Assembly: GCA_021323675.1 (NCBI GenBank)
Contig: JAJPKP010000071.1
Coordinates: 64,969 to 128,968 of the forward strand
Source: Pseudomonadota bacterium
GTDB lineage: Bacteria > Desulfobacterota > Binatia > Binatales > Binataceae
Direction of reading: 5' to 3'
Length of the DNA: 64,000 nt
In this document: positions 29,240-38,773 of the stretch, piece after piece
How the letters are laid out: every line of letters begins with the position of its first letter
Position numbering within the stretch: position 1 is the first letter of the stretch
The notes under the pieces: generated by a model
What the model was told of the DNA's origin: nothing
Databases searched by the model: none
The model's input: only the letters and a program-made list of their open reading frames with translations
Program-made: the position numbers and the translations under genes

Positions 29240-29247
29240 GGCTGTCG

Positions 29248-29646
29248 CTAGGGAGGCGGCGGGGCGTCGCGCTGCGGCATCTCCCGGCCTTCCCGCGAAT
29301 TGCGCCGCGTTGCGTAGGGCAGGAACTCGCGATCGAACTTTTCCTGCTGCTCCGGCGTGAGCGTGGCGCGAATCTGCTGGAGAGCCTGCGCAAATGCCTG
29401 GCGGCGCGCGCGCCGATAGTCCTGCTGGAACTGAATAATCTTTACGCGAGTGTCCGCCATGATGTCGCGTATCTGGACCATCTGCGCCTGGCTCAGGCGA
29501 AGTTCACGCTCCATCCGAAGCACCATCGGTTCCCCCGGCACGCGCAGAATCCGGTACCGGTACGCGAGCGAACTGGCGGTAAACCCGATTAGCAGCGAAG
29601 CAACCACTGCCAGAACGAGGGTCGAAGTGTTGAACCTATCCGGCAA
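29248..29646 (-). CDS. Periplasmic Spy/CpxP-like (LTxxQ) protein
   Basis: N-terminal TM, ELRLSQAQ and LTPEQQEKF; follows the ECF sigma/anti-sigma pair. Confidence 0.7.
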   Translation of the reverse strand: MPDRFNTSTLVLAVVASLLIGFTASSLAYRYRILRVPGEPMVLRMERELRLSQAQMVQIRDIMADTRVKIIQFQQDYRRARRQAFAQALQQIRATLTPEQQEKFDREFLPYATRRNSREGREMPQRDAPPPP

Positions 29647-30070
29647 GGTCTTCGCTCTGAGGGTTCAGGTCCGAACCGAACATCAGCGTCGCGATCGGAT
29701 CGGTGCTCAGTTCCTCGCTCAGCGTCCCGACAGGAGCGGTTACGGAAAGATAGGCCGCTACTGAGGCGGCGATCAGAGCCGCCGCCGCGGCGCTCACTGC
29801 AAGCCGCCCTCTCCTCCTGACACTGGCGCGCATCATCGCCGCGGGACGGCGGGCGGCGGGAGAATCAGCCGGTTCGGGCCGGTCAGCGGCCGGACGGCGA
29901 GGCGGCTCGACGGCGGACTGCAGCACCGGCGCGCTCATCGCAAAGGTCCGAAAGGCACGATCGCACTTTGGACAGGCGGCCAGATGGGCGGTCAGAGCGG
30001 CGCGACGATCGGGCGCAAGCTCGCGCCGCCAAAAGGCGGCGAATTCCTGTCTGGCTTCAAAGCAATCCAT
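29636..30070 (-). CDS. Zinc-finger (zf-HC2) anti-sigma factor
   Basis: MDC...HLAACPKC (HxxxCxxC) followed by a TM helix. Confidence 0.85.
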   Translation of the reverse strand: MDCFEARQEFAAFWRRELAPDRRAALTAHLAACPKCDRAFRTFAMSAPVLQSAVEPPRRPAADRPEPADSPAARRPAAMMRASVRRRGRLAVSAAAAALIAASVAAYLSVTAPVGTLSEELSTDPIATLMFGSDLNPQSEDLAG

Positions 30071-30080
30071 GATCGTTCTT

Positions 30081-30716
30081 CTATCGGTCACTCCGCTCGG
30101 CCGATCTCAGCCGCTCGGCATACTTTCGCAACGCCTGGCGCGCCCTGAAAGCCCTGATCTTAACTTTCGCCTCGCTCCAGCCCATTATTCCGGCTATCTC
30201 GCTCACGTTCAGGCCCTCGCTGTCCTTCAGAATCAGCACGGTCCGGTCTTCCGGCTTGAGCGTGTCGAGCAGGCAATGCGCTACGTCGTGCGCCTCGCGC
30301 ATTTCTTCCGCGGCGGCGACGATCTCTTCCGGCGTCGCATCGTTGACCAGATGCATCCATTGGACTTCTGGCGCCGTGAAGTCCGCGATCAACTCCTCCG
30401 GGCGCCTGCGCCTGCGTCTCAACTCGTCATAGCACAGGTTGGTCGCAATCGCGCGGAGCCATCCTGTGAACGGCATCTCCCGCCGGTAGCTGGCCAATGC
30501 CGTGTATGCGCGGATGAAGCATTCCTGCGCAAGATCGCGCGCAATCTCCGGGTCCGAAAAGAAGCGCTGACAAAGCCGTTCAACGTACGAACGATGGCGC
30601 CCAGCCAGCTCCGAAAAAGAGGCCGTCTGACCGCCCAGAATTTCGGCTATCAGCTCCTCGTCGGTTCGAACCGCCAATCTCCAACCGGTCTTTCTGCTCG
30701 CGGCGACGCCCAGCAT
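30081..30716 (-). CDS. ECF RNA polymerase sigma factor
   Basis: ARDLAQECF, FTGWLRAIATN and EIAGIMG...VKIRAFRAR. Confidence 0.93.
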   Translation of the reverse strand: MLGVAASRKTGWRLAVRTDEELIAEILGGQTASFSELAGRHRSYVERLCQRFFSDPEIARDLAQECFIRAYTALASYRREMPFTGWLRAIATNLCYDELRRRRRRPEELIADFTAPEVQWMHLVNDATPEEIVAAAEEMREAHDVAHCLLDTLKPEDRTVLILKDSEGLNVSEIAGIMGWSEAKVKIRAFRARQALRKYAERLRSAERSDR

Positions 30717-30797
30717 GGTTGTCCTCTTGATAATACGAACGCCCCGCAAAGCGGTTACGCGATTATGGACGGCCGGCAAACGCCCCAACCATCGAGG

Positions 30798-31415
30798 CTA
30801 TTCGGGCTCGTTCTTCGGCGGAGGACCAAGCCCCGCCCGCGCCAGATCGCCGGGCGTGTCCAGGTCCAGGGTGACGCCCGGATCTTCGACGTCAACGTAT
30901 GCGACCCGAGCCGGGTCCGCATTGACAACCCATCGCGCCCCCTGCTCTTCGGGCGCATCCAGCAGCTCGCCAAAGACTTCCTTCGCGAAGAGGACCGGAT
31001 GCCCCCTGCGGCCGGCATAGCGCGCTATCACGATCGGATATCGCCGCGATGCGAACTCATCGGCAACCGCCTGGAAGGTCGAAGCGAGGACCAGGGGATG
31101 ATCAGCCAGATGGACAATCACCGCGGCCGCATCGGCATCGATCGCCCTGAGAGTGCATTTCAGCGACGAAAGCTGGCCCCGCTCAAAGCCGGGATTGTGA
31201 ACTGTCTTCACCCGATGGTCGGAGGGAATCTCGGCCCGTACGCGTTCTCGATGCGCGCCGGTGACGACGATCACATCGCGCACAACTTCGAGCATCGTGC
31301 GCAACGTTCGCCGGAGAAACGTTTCGCTATCGATCTTGAGGAGCGGCTTGGGAAATCCCATCCGGCGCGATTCGCCCGCCGCCAGCAGAACCCCTTCGAT
31401 TGGGAGCCGCGCCAT
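30798..31415 (-). CDS. MocA/MobA-like molybdenum cofactor nucleotidyltransferase
   Basis: LAAGESRRMG.PK, GQLSSL, LADHP, GHPVLF and DLDTP. Confidence 0.88.
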   Translation of the reverse strand: MARLPIEGVLLAAGESRRMGFPKPLLKIDSETFLRRTLRTMLEVVRDVIVVTGAHRERVRAEIPSDHRVKTVHNPGFERGQLSSLKCTLRAIDADAAAVIVHLADHPLVLASTFQAVADEFASRRYPIVIARYAGRRGHPVLFAKEVFGELLDAPEEQGARWVVNADPARVAYVDVEDPGVTLDLDTPGDLARAGLGPPPKNEPE

Positions 31416-31427
31416 GACGGCCGCTCG

Positions 31428-32579
31428 TCAAGCGGAGGGTTTGAGGCGGCCCAGCTTAACGCCCAGGTTGGCCGCATCGCGCGCGCCCGATCGCCGCTCA
31501 CGCACAATTTCCGCGATTATCGAGACCGCGATCTCTTCGGGAGTCTCCGCCGCGATATCCATCCCGAGCGGAGCGTGCACCTGGTCGAGCAGCTCGCGCG
31601 CGATGCCGGCTTCTTCGAGCCTGTCCAGCGTCGCCTTCACCCGCCGGCGCGATCCGATCATCCCGATAAAGGCTCCGCGCGAATGCCGCAGCGCGGTACG
31701 CACCACCTCTTCGTCGAAGGAATGGCCGCGGGTCACGGAGACCAGGTAGCAATGGCGGTCGAGCGCCAGGCTTTCGATCGCCGCGGCAAAGGGCCGTACC
31801 ATTATCTGATCGGCGGATGGGAACCGTTCGCGATTGGCGAACGACGCGCGGTCATCGATCACCGTCACATGAAATCCCAGCATCGATCCAAGCGCGGCGA
31901 GCGGCTGCGCAATATGGCCGGCTCCCGCGATCACGAGGCGTTGCGCTCCCGAGACCGGATCCAGAAACATCCGCGGCGCATCCCCTTCGACACGAGTAAC
32001 AGGATTTACGCCGCCGGTGTCGCTGATTTCGATCAAAGCCGGCACGCCATCCATGGTGCGCGCCACCAATTGGACCATCGCGCGCCGCGGAATCTCCAGA
32101 GCCGGCGCGAGGCGGCTTTCGCCGTCGGACGAATCGACGATCGATTTTGCGCCAACGGGATCATCCTGGCGCGGGCTGTGCACAAGGGTCAGCAGCGAAG
32201 CGGGCTGGCTGCGCTCGGCGGCGGAAGCAAGCCGCCTTGCAATATCGAGATCGCTGCCGGGCGCCCATATCGCGACGAACACATCCATGATGCCGCCGCA
32301 GGTGCCGATTTGCTGTTGGTCGAAGTCGCCGGTGAGATCCACTTCGGTCATGCGGGCGCCCTGCCCTTCATCGAGCAACAGCCGCGCCTTGCGAAAGACC
32401 TCGGCCTCGCCGCATCCTCCGCCGATAGTTCCGAACTGGCCGTCGTCGCGAACAATCATCTTCGCGCCGACTTCCCTGGGCGTGGAACCGCGTACGTTCA
32501 CCACGGTGGCGAGGGCGAACTTCCTGCCGCTTTCAAGGGTGCGGACGGCTTCGGGCCAAATCTGATCGGGTCCCATCAT
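31428..32579 (-). CDS. XdhC/CoxI family molybdoenzyme maturation factor
   Basis: GSTPREVGAKM, GTIGGGC, CGG, GAGHIA, GMIGSRRR and APLGMDIAAETPEEIAVSI. Confidence 0.92.
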   Translation of the reverse strand: MMGPDQIWPEAVRTLESGRKFALATVVNVRGSTPREVGAKMIVRDDGQFGTIGGGCGEAEVFRKARLLLDEGQGARMTEVDLTGDFDQQQIGTCGGIMDVFVAIWAPGSDLDIARRLASAAERSQPASLLTLVHSPRQDDPVGAKSIVDSSDGESRLAPALEIPRRAMVQLVARTMDGVPALIEISDTGGVNPVTRVEGDAPRMFLDPVSGAQRLVIAGAGHIAQPLAALGSMLGFHVTVIDDRASFANRERFPSADQIMVRPFAAAIESLALDRHCYLVSVTRGHSFDEEVVRTALRHSRGAFIGMIGSRRRVKATLDRLEEAGIARELLDQVHAPLGMDIAAETPEEIAVSIIAEIVRERRSGARDAANLGVKLGRLKPSA

Positions 32580-32617
32580 GCTTCTGATTTAACCGTATCA
32601 GAAAAGTCCCGCTCCGG

Positions 32618-32920
32618 TTACATGCCCAGGCGTCCGAGGATCGCGTTGGCCTTGACCAGGTTTTCCTCCGCTTGATCGTAGGCGCCGGCGGCCATCGCCT
32701 TCTCGGCGCTGGCATCCAGCTCCAGCGCCTGATGCAGTTGCGCGCGCACGGCGGGATCGGTCGGGCCTTCGTCGGAAAGATGGGCGAGCTTGAGCGATAC
32801 TTGGCGTTCGAGGCTGCGAAGCTCAGGCGACGGTTGCCTCTTCAGGTCAGCCGCGAAACTCGTCGCGGCTATCGCGGCGATGCCGGCCGCAATCGCAAGC
32901 ATCCTCAGCGGACCGCGCAT
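32618..32920 (-). CDS. Small secreted helical hypothetical protein
   Basis: Signal peptide (…ATSFA); starts 3 nt after the peroxiredoxin stop. Confidence 0.65.
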   Translation of the reverse strand: MRGPLRMLAIAAGIAAIAATSFAADLKRQPSPELRSLERQVSLKLAHLSDEGPTDPAVRAQLHQALELDASAEKAMAAGAYDQAEENLVKANAILGRLGM

Positions 32921-32923
32921 CGT

Positions 32924-33370
32924 TCAACCTCCGATCGCGTCGGCCAGCACGCTGGCCGGATGATCCCTCGGGTCCACCCGATCGTAAACGCGCGCGATAC
33001 GCCCCTGCTCGTCGATAAGGAAGCTGACCCGGTTCGGCCACTTCGCCTTCGCGTCGCCGCACGCGCCGTAGGCAAGCGCCACGGTGCGGTCGAGGTCGCT
33101 AAGCAGCGGGAACTTGAAATCGTTCTTGCGGGCGAAGGCGGCGTTGGCTTCGACGCTGTCGAAGCTCACTCCGAGGATCTGGATCTTGTTTTCGTCAAAA
33201 TAGTTCTGTTGGTCGCGGAACCCGCGGCCTTCGATGGTTCAGCCAGGGGTATCGGCCGCGGGATAGAACCATAGCAGCACCTTTTTGCCGCGCAGATCCT
33301 TGAGCGAGATGGTTGTTCCGTCGTGGGCCGCCAGAGAGAAATCTGGCGCGAGGTCTCCTTGCTTGACCAT
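32924..33370 (-). CDS. Selenocysteine-containing peroxiredoxin (BCP/PrxQ), Sec at codon 44
   Basis: From ATG 33370 (GGAGG RBS): MVKQGDLAPDFSL...LWFYPAADTPG-TGA(33241-33239)-TIEGRGFRD...GVSFD...FPLLSD...RVSFLID, all in one frame, 148 aa. Confidence 0.88.
33211..33229 (-). promoter_or_regulatory. Bacterial SECIS-like hairpin
   Basis: GGCCGCGG-GUU-CCGCGACC starts 9 nt after the UGA; apical loop begins with G, 17 nt from the UGA. Confidence 0.65.
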
Positions 33371-33406
33371 TGTGCACCTCCGCCGAGCGGTCGTCGGCCG
33401 CTCGAT

Positions 33407-33892
33407 TCAGTTAAGCATCGCGCGCAATCGCGCGAGCATCGAAAGACATCCCTGTTCGCCGGGCTGAATTTCCAGCGCCCGCTCGAGCTCGCCGATAGCC
33501 GCGGTGATCATTCCCTTCGCCGCGTAAACGCGCCCAAGGTTCATGAAAGGAAAGTGGCGCGGTTCGTAGCGCGGCGCGTGCTTGGCTTTTTCAAGCCAGG
33601 GAATCGCGCCGTCGAGGTCTCCTTTCGCGATCAGATATGCTCCTATGTCGTTGTAAGGATTACCATAGGACGGGTCGACTTCGATCGCCCGCCGGCATTC
33701 CGCAATCGCGTCATCGATTCGCCCCATCCCTTCGTAAGCCCATCCGCGAAACGTATACGCCTCGGCGGTGGGGAAGATTTCGATCGATTTGGTGTAGAGC
33801 TCGATCGCGCCGGCAAGGTCGTTGCCCATGTGCCGCTGATAACCGGCATTCCACAGTTCCAGCGCGCGCTTCTTTCGTTCGTCCTCGCTCAC
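33407..33892 (-). CDS. TPR-repeat protein
   Basis: AYTFRGWAY, NPYNDIGAYL and FMNLGRVY repeats. Confidence 0.88.
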   Translation of the reverse strand: MSEDERKKRALELWNAGYQRHMGNDLAGAIELYTKSIEIFPTAEAYTFRGWAYEGMGRIDDAIAECRRAIEVDPSYGNPYNDIGAYLIAKGDLDGAIPWLEKAKHAPRYEPRHFPFMNLGRVYAAKGMITAAIGELERALEIQPGEQGCLSMLARLRAMLN

Positions 33893-34098
33893 ATTTGCAA
33901 CTGGTAACCACGCCCGGCCGACAAATCAATCGCTCTGATTCTACGCTCGGCATCGTCCATTTACGCGCGCCTGTGCGCGTCAGGCCGGGTTAGTTCCCGT
34001 CGCGGCGCATCCTCGATGCCACAAAGCGCTATCGCTGCGGCGCGAAAAAGTTTTCGTGGTTGGCGTAATCGAAATGAAAGATACTCCGAAGCAGGACC

Positions 34099-35046
34099 AT
34101 GCCTGTGCAGACCCGCGGAACTCGATTTGCCCTGCAGGACAGGCGAGTTCGCATCCGTTCGGCGCTTTCGCGGCTAATCGCCACCGCTCTCCTTTCGCTT
34201 CTTGCGGGATGCGCGCCCGCGGCCCTCACTTCCGCGCGAAGCAAGTTGAAAGCGGGAGACTACATGGGAGCGCATCGCGATCTGACCGCGCTCGCGGCGC
34301 ATCCGGAGAAGCTAAGTCCCGCACAACTCCGCGAGGTGAAGGACGACCTGTGCGTCACCGACTTCACCATCGGTCGTCCTTCATTCTCGCTTGCGGAGCA
34401 GCGCCGCGTATGCGCCGAAGCGGCTGAGCAGCCCGGAAGCCAGAGCGCGGCCATCCTTTCGCGCATCGACTCTTCGATCGAACAATCCGACGACGATCGC
34501 GTCGAAGCCGCGATCGCATCGGACGACCTCGCGGCGGCTGAAGCCGCGATCGAAGACTACGAGGAATTGCCCGACGCCGACGAGGCGCAGGTCCGGCGAT
34601 GGTCGAGCAGGCTCTGGCGGATGGTTGAGCAGAGGGAGGCGCGCGCTCCCTCCCGAAAAACGGTCCTGAACGGCGCCGTCGCCGCGCTGAAACGGGAGAA
34701 TCCCGACGCTCGCAGGATGAGCGAGGCGGCGTTCAAACGATGGGTGATCGAGACGGCGACTTTCGACGGAAACTCGATGGCGCACGCGCCGCATCTCGAG
34801 CACGGCAGGCTCAAGCTCGACCTCCCTCAGCCCGCGCTCGCGTCGGCGGCGCTGAACCTGGATCGACTCGCGCAGATCAACGATGCGGTCGTGGCGCGAT
34901 GCGGCTGCGACGCGAAGACGGAAGTTGGATTGGGCGCCAATGACCTGCCCGCTTACGTGGTGCGGCTGGACCCGGAAATCCGGCACTCCGAAGTTCTGAT
35001 TCTGCTGAGCGGCGCGAGGATCGGATCGCGCGCTTCGCTGCGCTAG
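34099..35046 (+). CDS. Hypothetical lipoprotein
   Basis: Lipobox LAGC; helical body. Start uncertain. Confidence 0.65.
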   Translation: MPVQTRGTRFALQDRRVRIRSALSRLIATALLSLLAGCAPAALTSARSKLKAGDYMGAHRDLTALAAHPEKLSPAQLREVKDDLCVTDFTIGRPSFSLAEQRRVCAEAAEQPGSQSAAILSRIDSSIEQSDDDRVEAAIASDDLAAAEAAIEDYEELPDADEAQVRRWSSRLWRMVEQREARAPSRKTVLNGAVAALKRENPDARRMSEAAFKRWVIETATFDGNSMAHAPHLEHGRLKLDLPQPALASAALNLDRLAQINDAVVARCGCDAKTEVGLGANDLPAYVVRLDPEIRHSEVLILLSGARIGSRASLR

Positions 35047-35061
35047 CCGCCGCTCGCGTTT

Positions 35062-35265
35062 TCAGTGCAACCGCTGCGAGCGAGGCTCCGGCATTTCACT
35101 TAACGCCTCCGAAAGCATCGCTGCCATCTCGCGAAACGCGCCTTCGTCAAGCCGCATCGTGGTATAGCCGACGGTAAGATGAACCGCGCCGCAGTCGCAT
35201 ACATCGACGGAAAACGATGGACGAGCGGCCAACCTGCGTCGCCGGCAACCACTGCTCTCGATCAT
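35062..35265 (-). CDS. Small Cys/His-motif protein (C...CDCGAVH)
   Basis: GGAGG RBS; last gene of the Fur-box operon. Confidence 0.65.
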   Translation of the reverse strand: MIESSGCRRRRLAARPSFSVDVCDCGAVHLTVGYTTMRLDEGAFREMAAMLSEALSEMPEPRSQRLH

Positions 35266-35285
35266 ACGCGCCTCCGAAAAGCGGT

Positions 35286-36137
35286 TTAGAAAAACCAGCT
35301 ATTCTCCGAAGATGGGCCGAACAGAGCGCCCACGTAGCGTTCCAATTCGATGTTGAACTTCATGATTACCCGGTCGGAGTTTGGCGTCAGGCCAGACCCG
35401 GGACCGACGCTGTACTCGATGCCGTTGGGAAGCGCGCCCCACAGGACCGGAAAGATGTAGTGCTGCTGGTCCCGCAGTGGATCCGTATCGTCGATAAGGC
35501 CGCATCCGCCGTAAAATTCCACGCCCGGCGACAAATACTTGAGCCATCGGTAATAGACGGCGTTGCGGTAGCCGAACTCGAAGCCCTGGTTGCGCCCCGC
35601 GCCGGAGAGCACCTTCTCGAAGACCGGGTTGGCAACCAGCGAGAGGCGGCCGAAGTCCTTCTCCATAATGGGGCGAAGCTCGAGTTCGAGGTTCGCATCG
35701 TCGAACTGCGGTGACTTGTGCCATTCCAGCTCGAGGTACCATCCGAGGTTCACCGGCAGAGTTTCTTCGTCGAAGAGCCTCCCGCGCAGCCGATATTTCG
35801 AGCCCGAATACCAAAGGCCCTGGCCGCGCGGCAGCGCCAGATTCAGATAGGCCGCGGCTTCGATCCGGTCGGTAAGCCCGTACGTCAGTTCGTACGCGTT
35901 AAACCAGGTGCTCTGACTGGGAAATTGGGCGCCGGTGCCAGCGTCGGGAGTGCTGTGGCCGTTTGCCACCACCGCGTTGAGCGTCTCGAGTTCGACAACC
36001 CCGCGCTGCTCGGTCGCGTACGGATAGACTTCAAATTCCCAGGGATCGATCTGCGCGTACGCGGATCCCGCGACGGCGGCACAGGCCGCAATCACCCCCG
36101 GCATCATCAACAACCAAGAGATACGTCGTCCAATCAT
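35286..36137 (-). CDS. Putative outer-membrane beta-barrel protein
   Basis: Signal peptide (…SAYA), alternating aromatic-rich beta strands and C-terminal Phe. Confidence 0.75.
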   Translation of the reverse strand: MIGRRISWLLMMPGVIAACAAVAGSAYAQIDPWEFEVYPYATEQRGVVELETLNAVVANGHSTPDAGTGAQFPSQSTWFNAYELTYGLTDRIEAAAYLNLALPRGQGLWYSGSKYRLRGRLFDEETLPVNLGWYLELEWHKSPQFDDANLELELRPIMEKDFGRLSLVANPVFEKVLSGAGRNQGFEFGYRNAVYYRWLKYLSPGVEFYGGCGLIDDTDPLRDQQHYIFPVLWGALPNGIEYSVGPGSGLTPNSDRVIMKFNIELERYVGALFGPSSENSWFF

Positions 36138-36586
36138 CGACCTGACTCATCGGCCGCCAGCTCCGCCGCAATCCATCGTTGAAGCCGATCGCGATCGGCC
36201 GGTCCAAGCCGCGAGGACGGATGCATCGCGCGGTACGGCCATGGCGGCATCGCCTCCCCGCGCAACGCGCGATCCATCCACTTCAGTTTTCGCGCGCGCG
36301 TCGCGGGAAAATAATCGCTCCATTGCGAGAAATTGATTTGCCTTCGTCCGGCGTTGACGTCATGAGCCACCAGCCACGAGAGCGGCGCGATCCTGGTGTA
36401 CCAGGGCCATTGCGTCTGGTTGGAATGGCAGTCGTAACAGGAGCGCCGCAGGGTCTGCTCAACCTCCGGCGGCGCCGCGACATCTCCCCGGGACGGCGGG
36501 TTCGCGATTCGCACCGGCACCAACTGCATCGCGAGAATCCCAACGACCAGCCCGGCCGCAATCGCAAACTTGTAACTGCGAGGCAC
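36134..36586 (-). CDS. Membrane-anchored monoheme c-type cytochrome (Haem_bd family)
   Basis: SCYDCHSNQT.WPWY..IAP.SWL, NFSQW and distal MPP.PY. Confidence 0.85.
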   Translation of the reverse strand: MPRSYKFAIAAGLVVGILAMQLVPVRIANPPSRGDVAAPPEVEQTLRRSCYDCHSNQTQWPWYTRIAPLSWLVAHDVNAGRRQINFSQWSDYFPATRARKLKWMDRALRGEAMPPWPYRAMHPSSRLGPADRDRLQRWIAAELAADESGR

Positions 36587-36596
36587 GACTTTCAGG

Positions 36597-36944
36597 CTAC
36601 CGGGCGACGATGTTTCCCACGGGCACGTCCTGATGGAAATCGTCGTAAAAGTCGTAGTCACCGGGACTCAGCTCGGGGAGACGAACGGTAATCGTCTCGC
36701 CTGGAGAGACCACCTTTTCGCGATTCAGCTTGAAGCTCTCGAACTCGATGGTTTCATCGCTCGCGTTGATGACCTTGATGCTGAGCTTCTGCCCGGCTGG
36801 CACGGTCAGGCTGCTGGGGGTGAACTGATGGTTCTGAAAGCGAATCTCGACGGGCTCGACCGCGAGTGCGCGGACCGAGGAGCAATCGAACAGCATCGCA
36901 AACGAGACAGCAGCGGCAAGGATGAAGAGCTTTGAGCGAGACAC
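36597..36944 (-). CDS. Periplasmic cupredoxin (FtrB/EfeO-N-like)
   Basis: Signal peptide; FTPSSLTVPAG, EFESFKLNREKVV.PG and PGDYDFYDDFH. Confidence 0.88.
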   Translation of the reverse strand: MSRSKLFILAAAVSFAMLFDCSSVRALAVEPVEIRFQNHQFTPSSLTVPAGQKLSIKVINASDETIEFESFKLNREKVVSPGETITVRLPELSPGDYDFYDDFHQDVPVGNIVAR

Positions 36945-36962
36945 GATGGGCGGCCCTCGGAT

Positions 36963-37010
36963 GATATTGAGAATGATTCTCAATATCCTGAAAGCCGCGA
37001 ACCTTGTCAA
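36963..37010 (-). promoter_or_regulatory. Fur box overlapping a sigma70 promoter
   Basis: Perfect 12-1-12 palindrome GATATTGAGAAT-G-ATTCTCAATATC (36963-36987); minus-strand TTGACA(37010)-N17-GATATT. Confidence 0.85.
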
Positions 37011-37034
37011 CCCCCTTCCCCGCCGGGATTCAGT

Positions 37035-37508
37035 TCAACCCCGATTCGCTCTTTTTATCGAAACGCGAGAATTGCGCCCATCCAATGGATTGGTAGCGTG
37101 TGTGCGCGCGCCCGTCGCGAAGTTCGAAAATGCCGGACAGGGTCCTTGCGCGAACGTCTCGATGCGGCGCGTCCTGGCGGGCTCCGGCAGTTCCATCCCG
37201 CTTGCGTCCAATGGGATTATCGAACCGGGCCGGTCATTCACCCTGAACGACCATTTGCATCGCATGCACGTGTAGCGGTACGGCTGCGGCGCGCGCCATC
37301 CCGATTTGGGCAAAGTCTCGATGACGAAGTTGTGGCGAGTCTCGCGCGCCGGAAACCCGTTGCCGAAGTTCCTGAGATGCGCCGCGTAAGAGACGCTAGC
37401 CGCCCGGCTCCTGCGCTCACGCCAGAACTCCTGGATGCGAGTCACCGTGGCCGCAAGCGAGACGGCTATAGGCCCGATCGATGCTCCAGGTTTTCCGTAG
37501 GCTTCCAT
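37035..37508 (-). CDS. Hypothetical protein with CxxC and distal Cys
   Basis: GGGAG RBS before ATG 37508; YTCMRCKW...GPCP. Confidence 0.55.
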   Translation of the reverse strand: MEAYGKPGASIGPIAVSLAATVTRIQEFWRERRSRAASVSYAAHLRNFGNGFPARETRHNFVIETLPKSGWRAPQPYRYTCMRCKWSFRVNDRPGSIIPLDASGMELPEPARTRRIETFAQGPCPAFSNFATGARTHATNPLDGRNSRVSIKRANRG

Positions 37509-37753
37509 CGCGGATCTCCCTGGATCCGACAACAGCAAGCAGCGCGCCGAATGCTGGATCGCGTTCGCGGACTTCGCCGCAGGGCCGGTTCATGCGGCAG
37601 CAGACCGCAATAAGGCGAACAAGAACGGGGATTTAATTCGATCGCCGCGCCATGGACAGAGCCTTATGGCCGCTTGTGCGCGCGGCGCGGGAGGGCGATC
37701 TCTCGATGCAAAATGAAGCGCGAGCATTCAAAATGAAATGCTCGCGCTCGCCT

Positions 37754-38737
37754 TCATTCATCGACCGGCATCGGTTCAATCTTCAGGGAATCGAACAGCT
37801 TGCGGTCGCGGTTCAGCTCCGGGTTGGCGGTGGTCAGAAGCTTGTTTCCGACAAAGATCGAGTTGGCGCCCGCGAGATAGCAGAGCGCCTGGGCCTCGTC
37901 GGTGAGGCTTTCGCGGCCCGCCGACAGCCGCACCATCGAAAGCGGCATCGTAATTCGGGCGGCCGCGATGGTTCGAACCAGCTCGAAGACTTCGGGGCGT
38001 TCGCAGGCGCCCAGCGGCGTGCCCCGAGTCCGCGCCAGCAGATTGATGGGAACGCTTTCGGGATGCGCAGGAAGCGTGGCCAGGGTGTGGATCATTCCGA
38101 TCCGGTCCTCGCGCGCCTCGCCCATCCCGACAATTCCCCCGCAGCACACCTTGATGCCGGCGTTACGGACATTCGCGAGCGTATCGAGCCTGTCCTGATA
38201 GGTTCGCGTGGTTACGACCTTGCCGTAGTACTCCTCGGAAGTGTCGATATTGTGATTGTAGAAATCGAGGCCCGCGGCTTTCAGGCGCCGGCTCTGCTCA
38301 GCCGTCAGCATCCCGAGCGTCGCGCAGGTCTCGAGCCCCAATCGCCGCACACCTTCGACCATGGCGCACACCTTTTCAAGGTCGCTGTCGCGCGGATTGC
38401 GCCAGGCGGCGGCCATGCAGTAACGCGTGGCGCCGTTGGCCTTGGCGCGGGCCGCTTGAGCCAGCACGGCATCAAGAGGCATCAGCTTTTCCGACTTGAC
38501 GCCGGAGTCGAAGTGCGCGCTCTGCGCGCAATAGCCGCAATCTTCGGGGCATCCACCGGTCTTGATCGAGAGCAGAGTGGACAGTTGAACCTGGTTCGGC
38601 TTGAAATGCCGGCGATGAACCGTCTGCGCGAGATAGATCAGATCGGACAATGGCATCTCGAACAGCGCCGCGATTTCGGCCCGCGCCCAATCGTGGCGCG
38701 GCCTGGCCTCATCGGCCGGAAAGACACATTCCGCCAT
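37754..38737 (-). CDS. bioB: Biotin synthase
   Basis: [38 protein letters not shown] and RLSAGR. Confidence 0.97.
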   Translation of the reverse strand: MAECVFPADEARPRHDWARAEIAALFEMPLSDLIYLAQTVHRRHFKPNQVQLSTLLSIKTGGCPEDCGYCAQSAHFDSGVKSEKLMPLDAVLAQAARAKANGATRYCMAAAWRNPRDSDLEKVCAMVEGVRRLGLETCATLGMLTAEQSRRLKAAGLDFYNHNIDTSEEYYGKVVTTRTYQDRLDTLANVRNAGIKVCCGGIVGMGEAREDRIGMIHTLATLPAHPESVPINLLARTRGTPLGACERPEVFELVRTIAAARITMPLSMVRLSAGRESLTDEAQALCYLAGANSIFVGNKLLTTANPELNRDRKLFDSLKIEPMPVDE

Positions 38738-38773
38738 CGCAAAATACTCCTTTGCAGGCTGCTCTCTATATGA

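Noticed and set aside
32924..33370. Peroxiredoxin pseudogene, or a stand-alone 81-aa ORF (32924-33169)
   Set aside because: The single stop is TGA exactly at the catalytic Cys codon, both halves are intact and in frame, and a SECIS-like hairpin follows. Sec recoding explains this better.
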